39,221 bases of DNA from a virus (Duplodnaviria > Caudoviricetes). The translations under genes were made by a program, and so were the position numbers. The stretch lies in IMG/VR virus record IMGVR_UViG_3300048861_000245, positions 1-39,221 of that record. One strand, written 5' to 3'. How positions within the stretch are numbered: the stretch's first letter is position 1; each line of letters starts with the position of its first letter. This document shows, piece after piece, positions 16,500 through 25,312 of the stretch. Below the pieces are notes generated by a model. It was not told the origin of the DNA. It made no database searches and was given only the letters and a program-made list of their open reading frames with translations.

Positions 16500-16657
16500 T
16501 GGCCGTTGGCGACGTGCACGTGCTGCCGGTCGACGATCTCATCGACCACGATGAGTCCGAAGAATGCGCGTGCCTGCCGCACGTCGAAGCGGTGCCTCGT
16601 GACGACGGTTCGATGGGTTGGCTCATCGTGCACAACGCCTGGGACGGCCGCGACTAA
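16499..16657 (+). CDS. Small His/Cys phage protein
   Basis: HVLPVDDLIDH...CAC.P...LIVHNAWDGR; coupled at both ends. Confidence 0.75.
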   Translation: MAVGDVHVLPVDDLIDHDESEECACLPHVEAVPRDDGSMGWLIVHNAWDGRD

Positions 16658-17010
16658 TGCCCGGCTGGAACGGCAGCAGCCGCCGGGAAACGCTCCCACC
16701 TGACTGGCCGCAGATCCGATCCGCCGTGCTCGAGCGCGACCACCACCAATGCCAGCACGTCCGAGAAGACACCGGCCGCATCTGCGGGCTCCTCGCGACG
16801 GACTGCGACCACATCGGCGACCGCACCGACCACCGCATGTCGAACCTCCGCGCGCTCTGCCACTGGCACCACTTGCGTCGCTCCGGTCAGCAGGGCGGCC
16901 GCGCGTCACAGCAAGCCCGTAACGCCAGGAAGAAAGCCGCCCAGCCGAAGCATCCCGGCGTTCTCGACCACGCGACCAGATGGCCGCACGACACACCACC
17001 ACCGTTTTGA
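16657..17010 (+). CDS. HNH endonuclease (packaging-associated type)
   Basis: LPPDWPQIRSAVLERDHHQC...DCDHI...NLRALCHWHH. Confidence 0.85.
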   Translation: MPGWNGSSRRETLPPDWPQIRSAVLERDHHQCQHVREDTGRICGLLATDCDHIGDRTDHRMSNLRALCHWHHLRRSGQQGGRASQQARNARKKAAQPKHPGVLDHATRWPHDTPPPF

Positions 17011-17021
17011 AGGAGCTCACC

Positions 17022-17357
17022 ATGGCAACCACCGAACCGATCGTCGATGTCCGGTACGCCGTCGCCCGGAACCTCGACGTCATCAGCGGATGGCGCACCA
17101 AACTGTCCGACGCGAACGCCGACCTGAAGGTCGTCGAGGACGCCATGGCAGTCGCTGGCCTCACCTCGGACGTGCAGATCGTCGAGACGACCATCACGAC
17201 CACCTACTCCGACCCGACGCCGTACGTCGCACCATCACCGGAACCGGAAGCGACCAGCACCACCACGGACGCATCGACCGACGCGACCACACCGGACACG
17301 ACGCCGACCGCGGACGCATCCGCACCGGCCGACACGACCAACGCGGCAGTGCAGTGA
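17022..17357 (+). CDS. Hypothetical protein with a Thr/Pro/Asp-rich tail
   Basis: AAGGAG RBS; low-complexity C-terminus. Confidence 0.7.
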   Translation: MATTEPIVDVRYAVARNLDVISGWRTKLSDANADLKVVEDAMAVAGLTSDVQIVETTITTTYSDPTPYVAPSPEPEATSTTTDASTDATTPDTTPTADASAPADTTNAAVQ

Positions 17358-17698
17358 TCCGTTCGCGAGCTGCGGAACGCGCCGACGGCACGGGCTGGCA
17401 CTACGTTCGAGGCGGGCACCCAGTCGGCTACTGCGCCACGCACGCGCCGCATGCTACGGAGGATGCCGCACGCGCCTGCTTTGGGCAGTGGCAACGCGAC
17501 CACATCATCCTTGAGCGCGACCGATACCGCTGGACCAACTGCTTCGTCCACGGGTGCGCGAACCCCGCGAAGCATGGCGCACGCATCGAGGGAGACGGCT
17601 ACAACACCGCCGTCCTCTGCGACGATCACCTCACCACCGAGGACGCCATCACCGCCATGCACCTCGATGTCCCGGCTGGCGACCAATGGGAGTCTTGA
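17354..17698 (+). CDS. Cys/His-rich hypothetical protein
   Basis: GTGA-coupled; GYC..H..H, C...GC and LCDDH motifs. Confidence 0.65.
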   Translation: MIRSRAAERADGTGWHYVRGGHPVGYCATHAPHATEDAARACFGQWQRDHIILERDRYRWTNCFVHGCANPAKHGARIEGDGYNTAVLCDDHLTTEDAITAMHLDVPAGDQWES

Positions 17699-17823
17699 CC
17701 TCGCCGCGGCCACGCTGCACAAACTGCGGCGGCACCGGTCGCACACTCACCCGACTCACCGGCAACCGTCCGGCGGTCGCATGGGTCACGTGCACCAGTT
17801 GCGACGGGCACGGACGGCAATGA
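17695..17823 (+). CDS. Tiny DnaJ-type Zn-finger protein (start may be 17686)
   Basis: CTNCGGTG...CTSCDGHG. Confidence 0.6.
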   Translation: MTSPRPRCTNCGGTGRTLTRLTGNRPAVAWVTCTSCDGHGRQ

Positions 17824-18014
17824 ACAGCCGCCGCCAGCAGGCAGCACGAGTAGCGCTCACCATCACCGCGCTGCTCGCTGCCTCCGCTGTCACCGCCGGC
17901 ATCGCCGCGCTCCTCGTCGACATCCACTGGGTATGGGCGCTCGGGTTCCTATGCGTCGCCGCGATCATCGCCGCCGGCATCGCGCTCACCCTCGACCAAC
18001 CCGAGGACGAATAG
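17820..18014 (+). CDS. 2-TM membrane protein
   Basis: Two hydrophobic helices; ATGA-coupled. Confidence 0.65.
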   Translation: MNSRRQQAARVALTITALLAASAVTAGIAALLVDIHWVWALGFLCVAAIIAAGIALTLDQPEDE

Positions 18015-18016
18015 AC

Positions 18017-18202
18017 ATGGCCGCACTCCCAGACGTCGAGGTCACCTGCTGCACCTGCGGACACGTGTTCCGCCTGCCCGTCATCGTCCGCAGCGACCAC
18101 ACCAAGCCACACAAGCCGCACGTCGCGCACCTCACCGCCAACGTCGACCCGACGCCAGCAGTCGAACACCTCCGCACTCACCATGCCGAGCAGACCGCCT
18201 GA
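18017..18202 (+). CDS. Small CxxC...HxxxH protein
   Basis: GAGGA RBS; CTCG...EHLRTHH. Confidence 0.6.
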   Translation: MAALPDVEVTCCTCGHVFRLPVIVRSDHTKPHKPHVAHLTANVDPTPAVEHLRTHHAEQTA

Positions 18203-18251
18203 CAACGACGTCAGCAGCCACCGCACCCGCACCAACGTCAGGACCAACCCA

Positions 18252-18491
18252 ATGGCGACACTCACCTACGACTGGCCCTGCACACTCTGCGACACCCGCA
18301 TCCCAGTCGCCTGCGACCCCACCGACCTCGGCCCAACCAGCACCGGCCACGGCGTCCGTATCGGACTTACCGTCACCGACGAAGGCCGCACAGCACTCGC
18401 CGACCACATGCAAAACATTCACCACGTCGACCCGAACTCGAACCTCACCGACATGAGCGCACAACCCGACAGCACTGACGTCACCAGTTGA
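18252..18491 (+). CDS. Small CxxC...HxxxH protein
   Basis: AGGA RBS; CTLC...DHMQNIHH. Confidence 0.6.
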   Translation: MATLTYDWPCTLCDTRIPVACDPTDLGPTSTGHGVRIGLTVTDEGRTALADHMQNIHHVDPNSNLTDMSAQPDSTDVTS

Positions 18492-18494
18492 CGC

Positions 18495-18562
18495 TACGAT
18501 GCGAAGACCCCCGCGACGACTGGCATCGTCCGGGGGCGTGACCGACTCGGGAAGGAGTCGAT
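18495..18562 (+). promoter_or_regulatory. -10 box and two-hairpin leader that sequesters the HNH RBS
   Basis: TACGAT (18495-18500); stem CCCCCG-c-GACGA/TCGTC-CGGGGG (18508-18536); stem CGACTC/GAGTCG (18543-18560) containing AAGGAG. Confidence 0.6.
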
Positions 18563-19192
18563 GTGACCGAGCGTACCTGCACCAAAGACGGATGCGACCG
18601 CGACCACTACGCACGCGGGCTCTGCAACACGCACTGGAAAGCACAACGACGTGCCGCGGGCGTCGACGCCACCCGCAGTCGCTATGCGGAGCAACGCACC
18701 TGCGACCTCTGCAACGACACGTACACCGCCGACCGACCCGAGTCGATGTACTGCTCCCGCGACTGCCGAGACCTCGCCAACCTCAACGCTGGCCAGCAAG
18801 CTACCGCCTCAGCCGCTGGGATCGCAGCCCGGTCACTCAGCACCAGCATCACCTACGGCCACTGCATCGCATGCGACAAACTCTGGTGCGGCCCAGCCGG
18901 AGGACAGCCGAGGTTTTACTGCACCAAGGCATGCCGCTCCCGCCACCGCGGCACCGGATACCGCCGACACGCAGCGATGATCCACGAACGCGACAACTGG
19001 ACATGCTGGCTCTGCGACCAACCAACAAGCCGCAACTACTCGTCGACCGACCCCGACGCACCAACCCTCGACCACCTCGTGCCCCGATCACTCGGAGGCA
19101 CCAACGAACCCAACAACCTCGCGACCGCCCACGCACTGTGCAACGCCACACGCGGCGCACGAATCGCGATCACAACCCTCACCCACGCCTAA
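18563..19192 (+). CDS. HNH endonuclease with multiple N-terminal Zn fingers
   Basis: CTKDGC..ARGLCNTHW, YCSRDC, YCTKAC, ERDNWTCWLC, TLDHLVPRSLGG..NL..AHALCN. Confidence 0.88.
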   Translation: MTERTCTKDGCDRDHYARGLCNTHWKAQRRAAGVDATRSRYAEQRTCDLCNDTYTADRPESMYCSRDCRDLANLNAGQQATASAAGIAARSLSTSITYGHCIACDKLWCGPAGGQPRFYCTKACRSRHRGTGYRRHAAMIHERDNWTCWLCDQPTSRNYSSTDPDAPTLDHLVPRSLGGTNEPNNLATAHALCNATRGARIAITTLTHA

Positions 19193-19382
19193 GAACCGGG
19201 GGTAGGGGGAGGGTCCACGTCCCCTCCAGATACGACCGCTCCGCGTCCTGCTGCTCGCGGTGCGTGTGGAAAGTCTGGGGGGTTCGCTTTCCGCGGCTGC
19301 CGCCATGGCTTGCCGCCTGCTCCGCCACGGAGGCTCTGATGAACGCGATTGCTTGTTTCTTGACCACGTTTGAGGCCTGCTG
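19193..19382. other. Probable packaging origin (cos/pac) region
   Basis: Intergenic G-runs between the HNH and terS genes; the top strand switches from C/A-rich to G/T-rich here. Confidence 0.5.
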
Positions 19383-19844
19383 ATGGCTGGTCGTGGTCCT
19401 GCGCAGGGTGCGCACACTCGTGACCGGTCTGGTGTTGAGCGGACGACGCTCGTCGCCGACGGGAAGAAGCGTGGGATGCCGTTGCCTCGCGGGTTCGTGC
19501 GCGATCGTGAGGGCAAGCCGATGGCTTGGCATCCGGCGACGGTGCGCTGGTGGAACAACTGGCGTTCGAGTCCGCAGGCGACGCGGATGCTCACGAAGCC
19601 GGACTGGGACTTCCTCCTCGACACAGCGTTGATGCATCACGAAATGTGGACTCGGCGGAACTTCGAGCTCGCGGCGGAGGTACGGCTGCGTGTGCAGCAG
19701 TTCGGTGCGACTCCTGAGGCTCGGCAGCGGCTGCGTGTGGACGTCACGATCGACCGTCCGGCTCCGACTGAGTCGCCGGTCGATGAGGAGCCGAAGGCCG
19801 GCAATGTGTCGTCGATCGATGACCGTCGCAAGCGGCTCGCCTGA
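19383..19844 (+). CDS. Terminase small subunit
   Basis: MAGRGPA, WHPATVRWW..W..SPQA, FGATPEAR.RLR; directly upstream of terL. Confidence 0.85.
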   Translation: MAGRGPAQGAHTRDRSGVERTTLVADGKKRGMPLPRGFVRDREGKPMAWHPATVRWWNNWRSSPQATRMLTKPDWDFLLDTALMHHEMWTRRNFELAAEVRLRVQQFGATPEARQRLRVDVTIDRPAPTESPVDEEPKAGNVSSIDDRRKRLA

Positions 19845-21577
19845 TGCCGCGCCGTCTGCTGACCGCGGACGGGCATGACAGGCACCGTTCGCTCGGCTGG
19901 TTGGCGACGTGGTGGATTGAGACGTTCTGTGTGCACGGTCCGGGTGCTGTCATCGGGCAACCGGTCCAGCTCACGGACGAGTACACGGGCTTCGTCGTCG
20001 ATTGCTATGCGCTCGACGCTCGTGGGAAGCGGCTGTACGACTCGGCGTTCTTGTCGCGGCCGAAGGGCTGCAATAAGTCCGGGCTCGCCGCTGACCTGGT
20101 GATGTTCGAGGCGTTCGGCCCCGCACGGTTCGCGGGTTTCGCCCAGGGCGGCGAAACGTACGAGTTCCTAGGGCGGGTCTACACGTACGCTCCCGGCGAG
20201 CCGATGGGCAAAACCGTCACGTCTCCGTTCATCCGCATCATGGCGACGGAAGAGGAGCAGGCCGGCAACGTCTACGCGGCCGTGTACCTCAACCTCACCG
20301 ACGACACCGCCCCGCTGTTCCGATTTGCGCAGGCGTACGGCCTCACGGTGAACAAGAAGGGCGTCGTCATCCCGTCGGGCGGGGAGATTCGCCCTTCGAC
20401 GTCGGGCTCCGCGTCGAAGGATGGCGGCATTGAGACGTTCGCAGTGTTCGACGAAACCCATCTGTACGTGAAGCCGGAGCTCCGGGCGATGTTCATCACC
20501 GTCACGGACAACCTGGTGAAGCGTCGCGGTGAAGGTTCGTGGTATCTCGAGACGACGACGATGTTCAAGCCTGGTCAGAACTCGATCGCGGAGGACACGT
20601 ATAACGCGGCCGACATGATCGAAGAGGGCCGGCTGATCGTGAACCGGCAACTGTTCGACCATCGGTGGGGTGAGATCAAGTCGCTCCGCGACCCGGTCGT
20701 TCCGTCGACGGAGGAGTCCCGCCGCTGGCATGTCGAGAACCTTCGGTTCGCGTTCCGGGAGGCGTACGGCGACTCGCTCGAGTGGGTGGACCTCGAGGGT
20801 CTCGTGAACGGCGTGTTCGACCCGAAGCGACCAGAGTCGCGGACCCGGCAGATGTTCCTGAACACGTTGACGTCGTCGACGGACGCGTGGATCCCGGTCG
20901 AAGCGTGGTCGGCGCGGAACATCGTCACCCTGCTCCGCTCCGGGAAGAGCGATGGGTTCCTCGCGCCCGCTCCGGGCGACATGGTCACCCTCGGTTTCGA
21001 CGGATCGCGGTCCAACGACGCGACCGCGTTGGTCGCCTGCCGAGTCGCGGACCATCATCTGTTTCCGCTGCTCATCAGCGAGAAACCAGACGGCCCTGAG
21101 GGGGAGCACTGGACGGTCGACCGTGACGCGTTCGACGCCGCGGTTCGGAACGCGTTCGACAGGTTCCAGGTCGTCGGGTTCTACGCGGACCCGCCGTACT
21201 GGCAGGAGATCGTGAACGGGTGGGAGCGGGACTTCGGCGACGACCTCCTCGTGCACGCGGACACGAAATCGTCGATCCGGTTCTGGACGAAGAACACGAC
21301 CCGGATGGCGTTGGCGCTCGAGCTGCTGCAGACGGCAGTCGTCGACGGGACGATGACGCACTCCGGAAACAAAGCGATGACCAGGCATTTTGTGAACGCA
21401 CGGGTGTGGCCGCGTCCCGGCGGTGACGTCATCGGCAAGGAAACGAAGAACAGCGTCCGGAAGATCGACGCTGCCATGGCGGGAACGCTCGCTTTCCAGG
21501 CGGCCACTGATTACGAGAACCGCGGCGAGAAGCCCGCGGAACAGACGGAAGCGGCTGTGCCCGTCCGCGTCAGATAG
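19844..21577 (+). CDS. Terminase large subunit
   Basis: SRPKGCNKS (Walker A), VFDETH (Walker B), LGFDGSRSNDATAL and KIDAAMA. Confidence 0.93.
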   Translation: MPRRLLTADGHDRHRSLGWLATWWIETFCVHGPGAVIGQPVQLTDEYTGFVVDCYALDARGKRLYDSAFLSRPKGCNKSGLAADLVMFEAFGPARFAGFAQGGETYEFLGRVYTYAPGEPMGKTVTSPFIRIMATEEEQAGNVYAAVYLNLTDDTAPLFRFAQAYGLTVNKKGVVIPSGGEIRPSTSGSASKDGGIETFAVFDETHLYVKPELRAMFITVTDNLVKRRGEGSWYLETTTMFKPGQNSIAEDTYNAADMIEEGRLIVNRQLFDHRWGEIKSLRDPVVPSTEESRRWHVENLRFAFREAYGDSLEWVDLEGLVNGVFDPKRPESRTRQMFLNTLTSSTDAWIPVEAWSARNIVTLLRSGKSDGFLAPAPGDMVTLGFDGSRSNDATALVACRVADHHLFPLLISEKPDGPEGEHWTVDRDAFDAAVRNAFDRFQVVGFYADPPYWQEIVNGWERDFGDDLLVHADTKSSIRFWTKNTTRMALALELLQTAVVDGTMTHSGNKAMTRHFVNARVWPRPGGDVIGKETKNSVRKIDAAMAGTLAFQAATDYENRGEKPAEQTEAAVPVRVR

Positions 21578-21586
21578 GAGACGGCG

Positions 21587-23020
21587 ATGCTGACCGACGT
21601 GAACGTCACCGGTTCCGACGATTGGCGGCTTATCCGGCTCGCTGTGAAGCTGGGGCAGGGATTCCAACGTTTGGCGTTACTGCGGTCGTTTTCGAACGGC
21701 ACCAGGTTCGTTCCAGCCGGTGTGGAGGGTGTCAACGCGCAGGCGATGCTCCGCATCGTCAAGGAAGCGCGGCTGAACACGGCCGAACTGATCGCCGGGA
21801 GTCTCGTGGACCGGCAGACGGTCCTCGGATTCCGGACGGCCGCGCCGGGAGACGACACTGGCGACTCGGTGGCGCAGACGAACTGGAAGCGCTCGAACAT
21901 GGCGGTCCGTTCGAAGGAACTCCTCCGCGACGTCGCCGACTACGGTGAAGCGTTCGTCCTCACGACGGGCCCGACGTCGCCGGCGGCGGACGCGAAGCCG
22001 ATGTTCCTCACCCTGAACGGGTGGACGTGCGCGACGGAGCAGTTTCCGACGACACCGTGGCTGACTGAGGATGCGATCGTCACCGGTTACGACGTCATCA
22101 ACCGTGCGGACGTGATCACGTTGTTCCGGCCGGGCTACATGCGCATCGCGTATCGGCCTTCACCGGTGCCGACGATCCCGAACGATGGCACTCCGTGGTC
22201 GCCGGGCTCGGGATGGTCGTGGGCAACTGATCCGACACCCCTCGGGTACACCGCCGACAACCCGATCGTGCAGCATCAGGCTCCTGGCGGGTATGGGGAG
22301 TTCGAGAAGCACACCGACACGATCGACCGGATCAACTCGGTGACTCGGGACCGGATGACGATCATCGCGATGCAGGCGTTCCGCCAGCGGGCGATCGAGG
22401 GCAGCCTTCCGACGCATTATCCGAGCGATTACCCCGATCTGACGCTCCGTGGTCAGCGCATCGACTACAACGAGGTGTTCGCGGGCGGCCCGGCCGCGTT
22501 GTGGCTCCTCGGCGGCGACGCGAAGATCTGGGAATCGTCCCCGACGGACATCACGCAGCTGATCACCGCGGCGAAGGACGACAAACGCGACCTCGCGGCC
22601 GTGTCGGCCACACCTATCTACCTGCTGATGCCTGACGCGACGTCGGGTTCCGCGGAGGGTGCGCAGCTCGCGCGGGAAGCGTTCTCGTTCAAGGTCCGGG
22701 ACCGCAACAACCGGGCGGCCCAGTCGTGGGCGCTCGAGCAGTCCATTGCATTTCAGGCGCTCGGCGACACGGTCCGTTCGGATGCGACGCAGATCGAGAC
22801 GATCTACGCAGCGGTCGACCTTGAGTCGATGCAAGCTCGTGCGACGTCGGGTCAGGCTGCGAAGGCTTCCGGGGTGTCGCAGGCGTACATCAACCGTGCT
22901 GTGTTCCAGATGACGCCGCAGGAGCTCGCGCAGGAGGAGCAGGACAAAGCCGATGAGGCGTTCGCTGATGCGGTCGCCGCCAGCACGTCGACCAAGTCGA
23001 CCACTGGTGCGGCGGCCTGA
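21587..23020 (+). CDS. Portal protein (SPP1 gp6-like)
   Basis: Position and size; IDRIN...MQAFRQRAI, IWES, SAEGA motifs. Confidence 0.88.
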   Translation: MLTDVNVTGSDDWRLIRLAVKLGQGFQRLALLRSFSNGTRFVPAGVEGVNAQAMLRIVKEARLNTAELIAGSLVDRQTVLGFRTAAPGDDTGDSVAQTNWKRSNMAVRSKELLRDVADYGEAFVLTTGPTSPAADAKPMFLTLNGWTCATEQFPTTPWLTEDAIVTGYDVINRADVITLFRPGYMRIAYRPSPVPTIPNDGTPWSPGSGWSWATDPTPLGYTADNPIVQHQAPGGYGEFEKHTDTIDRINSVTRDRMTIIAMQAFRQRAIEGSLPTHYPSDYPDLTLRGQRIDYNEVFAGGPAALWLLGGDAKIWESSPTDITQLITAAKDDKRDLAAVSATPIYLLMPDATSGSAEGAQLAREAFSFKVRDRNNRAAQSWALEQSIAFQALGDTVRSDATQIETIYAAVDLESMQARATSGQAAKASGVSQAYINRAVFQMTPQELAQEEQDKADEAFADAVAASTSTKSTTGAAA

Positions 23021-24081
23021 TGGCGATCACGACGAGCCGGCTCGGGAAACTGTCGGATGCGCACGCGAAGCAACGCGATTCGATCATCTCGACGCTGATC
23101 AAGCAGCTGTTCGGGATCTGGGGTCAGGTCGACAACTTCCACGACACTGACCAGGTTGTGTCCGCGGCCGCCGCGTCAGCGTTCCAGGTGCTGTCGGCGC
23201 AGACACGCACCCGGACGTTGTTCCGGTCGTACGCGTCGACGGTGCTGTCGGACCTCGACGCGTTAGCTCCGATGCCTGCCCGAGTGGATTACTACTCGAG
23301 GCCGAACACGACACCCCTCGACGTGTACCAACGGCCGGCCGAGCAGGCGATCTACGAGTATTCGCAAGGCGGCTCGTTCGAGGACGCGTTCGATGCGGCG
23401 GAGAACCGGCTGCAGCTGATCGCGCACGACGACGTCATGCTCGCGGAACGCGACGAGGAGCAACGCGTCTACCACGCGATGCCGAAGGTCGTCGGGTACC
23501 GGCGGATCATTCACCCGGAACTGTCGCAGTCCGGCACATGCGGATTGTGTGCAGTCGCGGCAACGCAGCGGTACAACACCGACCAGTTGAAGGCGCTGCA
23601 CACGCTCTGCCATTGCGGGTCCGCGCCGATCGTCGGCGATGAGGATCCCGGCCAGGTACTGAACAGTGAAGACCTGAAGCAGATCTACGCAGCAGCAGGC
23701 GCGGCGAACAGCTTCGGCGCTTCGAAGTCCACTGCTGCCGAGGACCTGTTGAACGTCCGCGTCACCGTCGATGAGCACGGCGAGAAGGGTCCAGTGCTCA
23801 TCAAGCATGGCGACCACTTCCGTACCCACACGCAGGCTGATGCGCCGGCGTTCCAGAAGCCGACGGCGCAGTCGATCCGTACCCGGAAGCGGGCAGCCGT
23901 GGATCAGGCGTCCGCGGAGCTCGCGGATGCGCAGAAGGCGCTGCAGGCGATCCAGGGCACCCACACCAACGACGGCACGTCGGAGACGCCTCGTGAGCAG
24001 GTTGTGCTCGCGCAGAAGGTCAAGAACCTGACGGCGCTCGTGAAGTCACTGAACACGCAGCTCGCCTCGAGCGACTCGTAA
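23020..24081 (+). CDS. MuF-like minor head / capsid maturation protein
   Basis: GYRRIIHPELSQSGTCGLC...LHTLCHC; lies between portal and scaffold. Confidence 0.75.
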   Translation: MAITTSRLGKLSDAHAKQRDSIISTLIKQLFGIWGQVDNFHDTDQVVSAAAASAFQVLSAQTRTRTLFRSYASTVLSDLDALAPMPARVDYYSRPNTTPLDVYQRPAEQAIYEYSQGGSFEDAFDAAENRLQLIAHDDVMLAERDEEQRVYHAMPKVVGYRRIIHPELSQSGTCGLCAVAATQRYNTDQLKALHTLCHCGSAPIVGDEDPGQVLNSEDLKQIYAAAGAANSFGASKSTAAEDLLNVRVTVDEHGEKGPVLIKHGDHFRTHTQADAPAFQKPTAQSIRTRKRAAVDQASAELADAQKALQAIQGTHTNDGTSETPREQVVLAQKVKNLTALVKSLNTQLASSDS

Positions 24082-24139
24082 CCCCGGCACATGCCGGTTC
24101 CACTGCGCCGGCACGGCGCTCGACACGAAGGAATCACCC

Positions 24140-24859
24140 ATGTTCAAGATCGACGCGTTCGGACGACGCATCTACGTTCAGCCCCGCCTCCGGTTCCTCG
24201 AAAACGGCGGCGAGAACGGTGCTGGGGGCACCGGAAGGCAGGGCGGCGGTTCTGATGGCGGAAACGGCGAAAACGGCGGCGGTCAGGGTGGTTCCGGCGA
24301 TGATCTCGGGTTCCCGGCGAACACGCGCACGGAGGACATGACTCCGGAGCAGCAGGTGGCGTACTGGAAGGACAAGGCGCGGAAGCATGAGCGGCGCGCT
24401 TCGGAGCGTGCCGACTACGACGAGCTGAAGACGGCTGCTGAGGAGCTCGCAGCGCTGAAGAGGTCGCAGCAGACCGATCAGGAGCGTGCGCTCGAGGAAG
24501 CTCGTGAGGCTGCTCGCCGTGAGGGCGAGAACATCGGGGCGCAGCGGTACCTGAAGGACGCGGTCCTCGCGCGGTTCCAGAAACTCACCGGACTCGACGA
24601 CGACGCCGCTACGCAGGCGTTCGACTTCGTCGACGTGTCCCGGTTCGTCGGCGACGGCGGCGAGATCAACGCCGAAGCCCTCAAGACGTTCGCTTCCACG
24701 TTCGGCCCGAATGTGCAGGAGAACCAACACTCCGGTTCCGGTGATCCCGTCAGGGATGCCATGAACCGGCAGCAGCACCGTCCTGGCGGCACGTCGGGCG
24801 GATCGATCGCGGAGATGGCACGTCAGCGCGTCGAAGAGCTACAGGGCAGCAAGAAGTAA
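24140..24859 (+). CDS. Scaffolding protein
   Basis: Gly-rich N-terminus, EQQVAYWKDKARKHE, coiled coil; upstream of the capsid genes. Confidence 0.8.
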   Translation: MFKIDAFGRRIYVQPRLRFLENGGENGAGGTGRQGGGSDGGNGENGGGQGGSGDDLGFPANTRTEDMTPEQQVAYWKDKARKHERRASERADYDELKTAAEELAALKRSQQTDQERALEEAREAARREGENIGAQRYLKDAVLARFQKLTGLDDDAATQAFDFVDVSRFVGDGGEINAEALKTFASTFGPNVQENQHSGSGDPVRDAMNRQQHRPGGTSGGSIAEMARQRVEELQGSKK

Positions 24860-24886
24860 CTCCACTCACCCAGAAAGGAGATCCTC

Positions 24887-25300
24887 ATGGATCTCGGCAT
24901 CATCTCCACGGTGACGGGTGGATCGGACCAGACCTGGCTCGCATCGCGCCACGGACTGGACAACGGTCAGTCCCGCACCATCGACGTCTCGAAGCTGACT
25001 TCCGGGACCCACTACGACGCGACGACGAAGGTTGTTCCCTCGGGCCTCGCGCTCGGCGTGGTGACCGCGTCCGGTCTGTATGCACCGTTCAACGCGTCCG
25101 CGACGGACGGCACGCAGGTCCTCGATTCGTTCCTCATCGCCGCTCAGCCTCTGCTGCGCGCCGACGGATCGCTTCCGGCGACCATCATCGCCGGCGTCAC
25201 GGTCCACGCGATCGTCCACCAGAACAAGCTGCCGGTCGCCGCGCAGCGCTCGACTGTGAAGGGTGCCATCACAACCGGCACCTTCTCCTTCCAGGACTAA
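24887..25300 (+). CDS. Head decoration protein
   Basis: DQTWL..HG, PSGLALG...G.YAPF; directly upstream of the major capsid gene. Confidence 0.75.
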   Translation: MDLGIISTVTGGSDQTWLASRHGLDNGQSRTIDVSKLTSGTHYDATTKVVPSGLALGVVTASGLYAPFNASATDGTQVLDSFLIAAQPLLRADGSLPATIIAGVTVHAIVHQNKLPVAAQRSTVKGAITTGTFSFQD

Positions 25301-25312
25301 GGAGCCTGAATT

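Noticed and set aside
23020-24081. MuF-fused polymorphic toxin
   Set aside because: The C-terminal extension looks like a plain coiled coil; no toxin motif or immunity gene follows.
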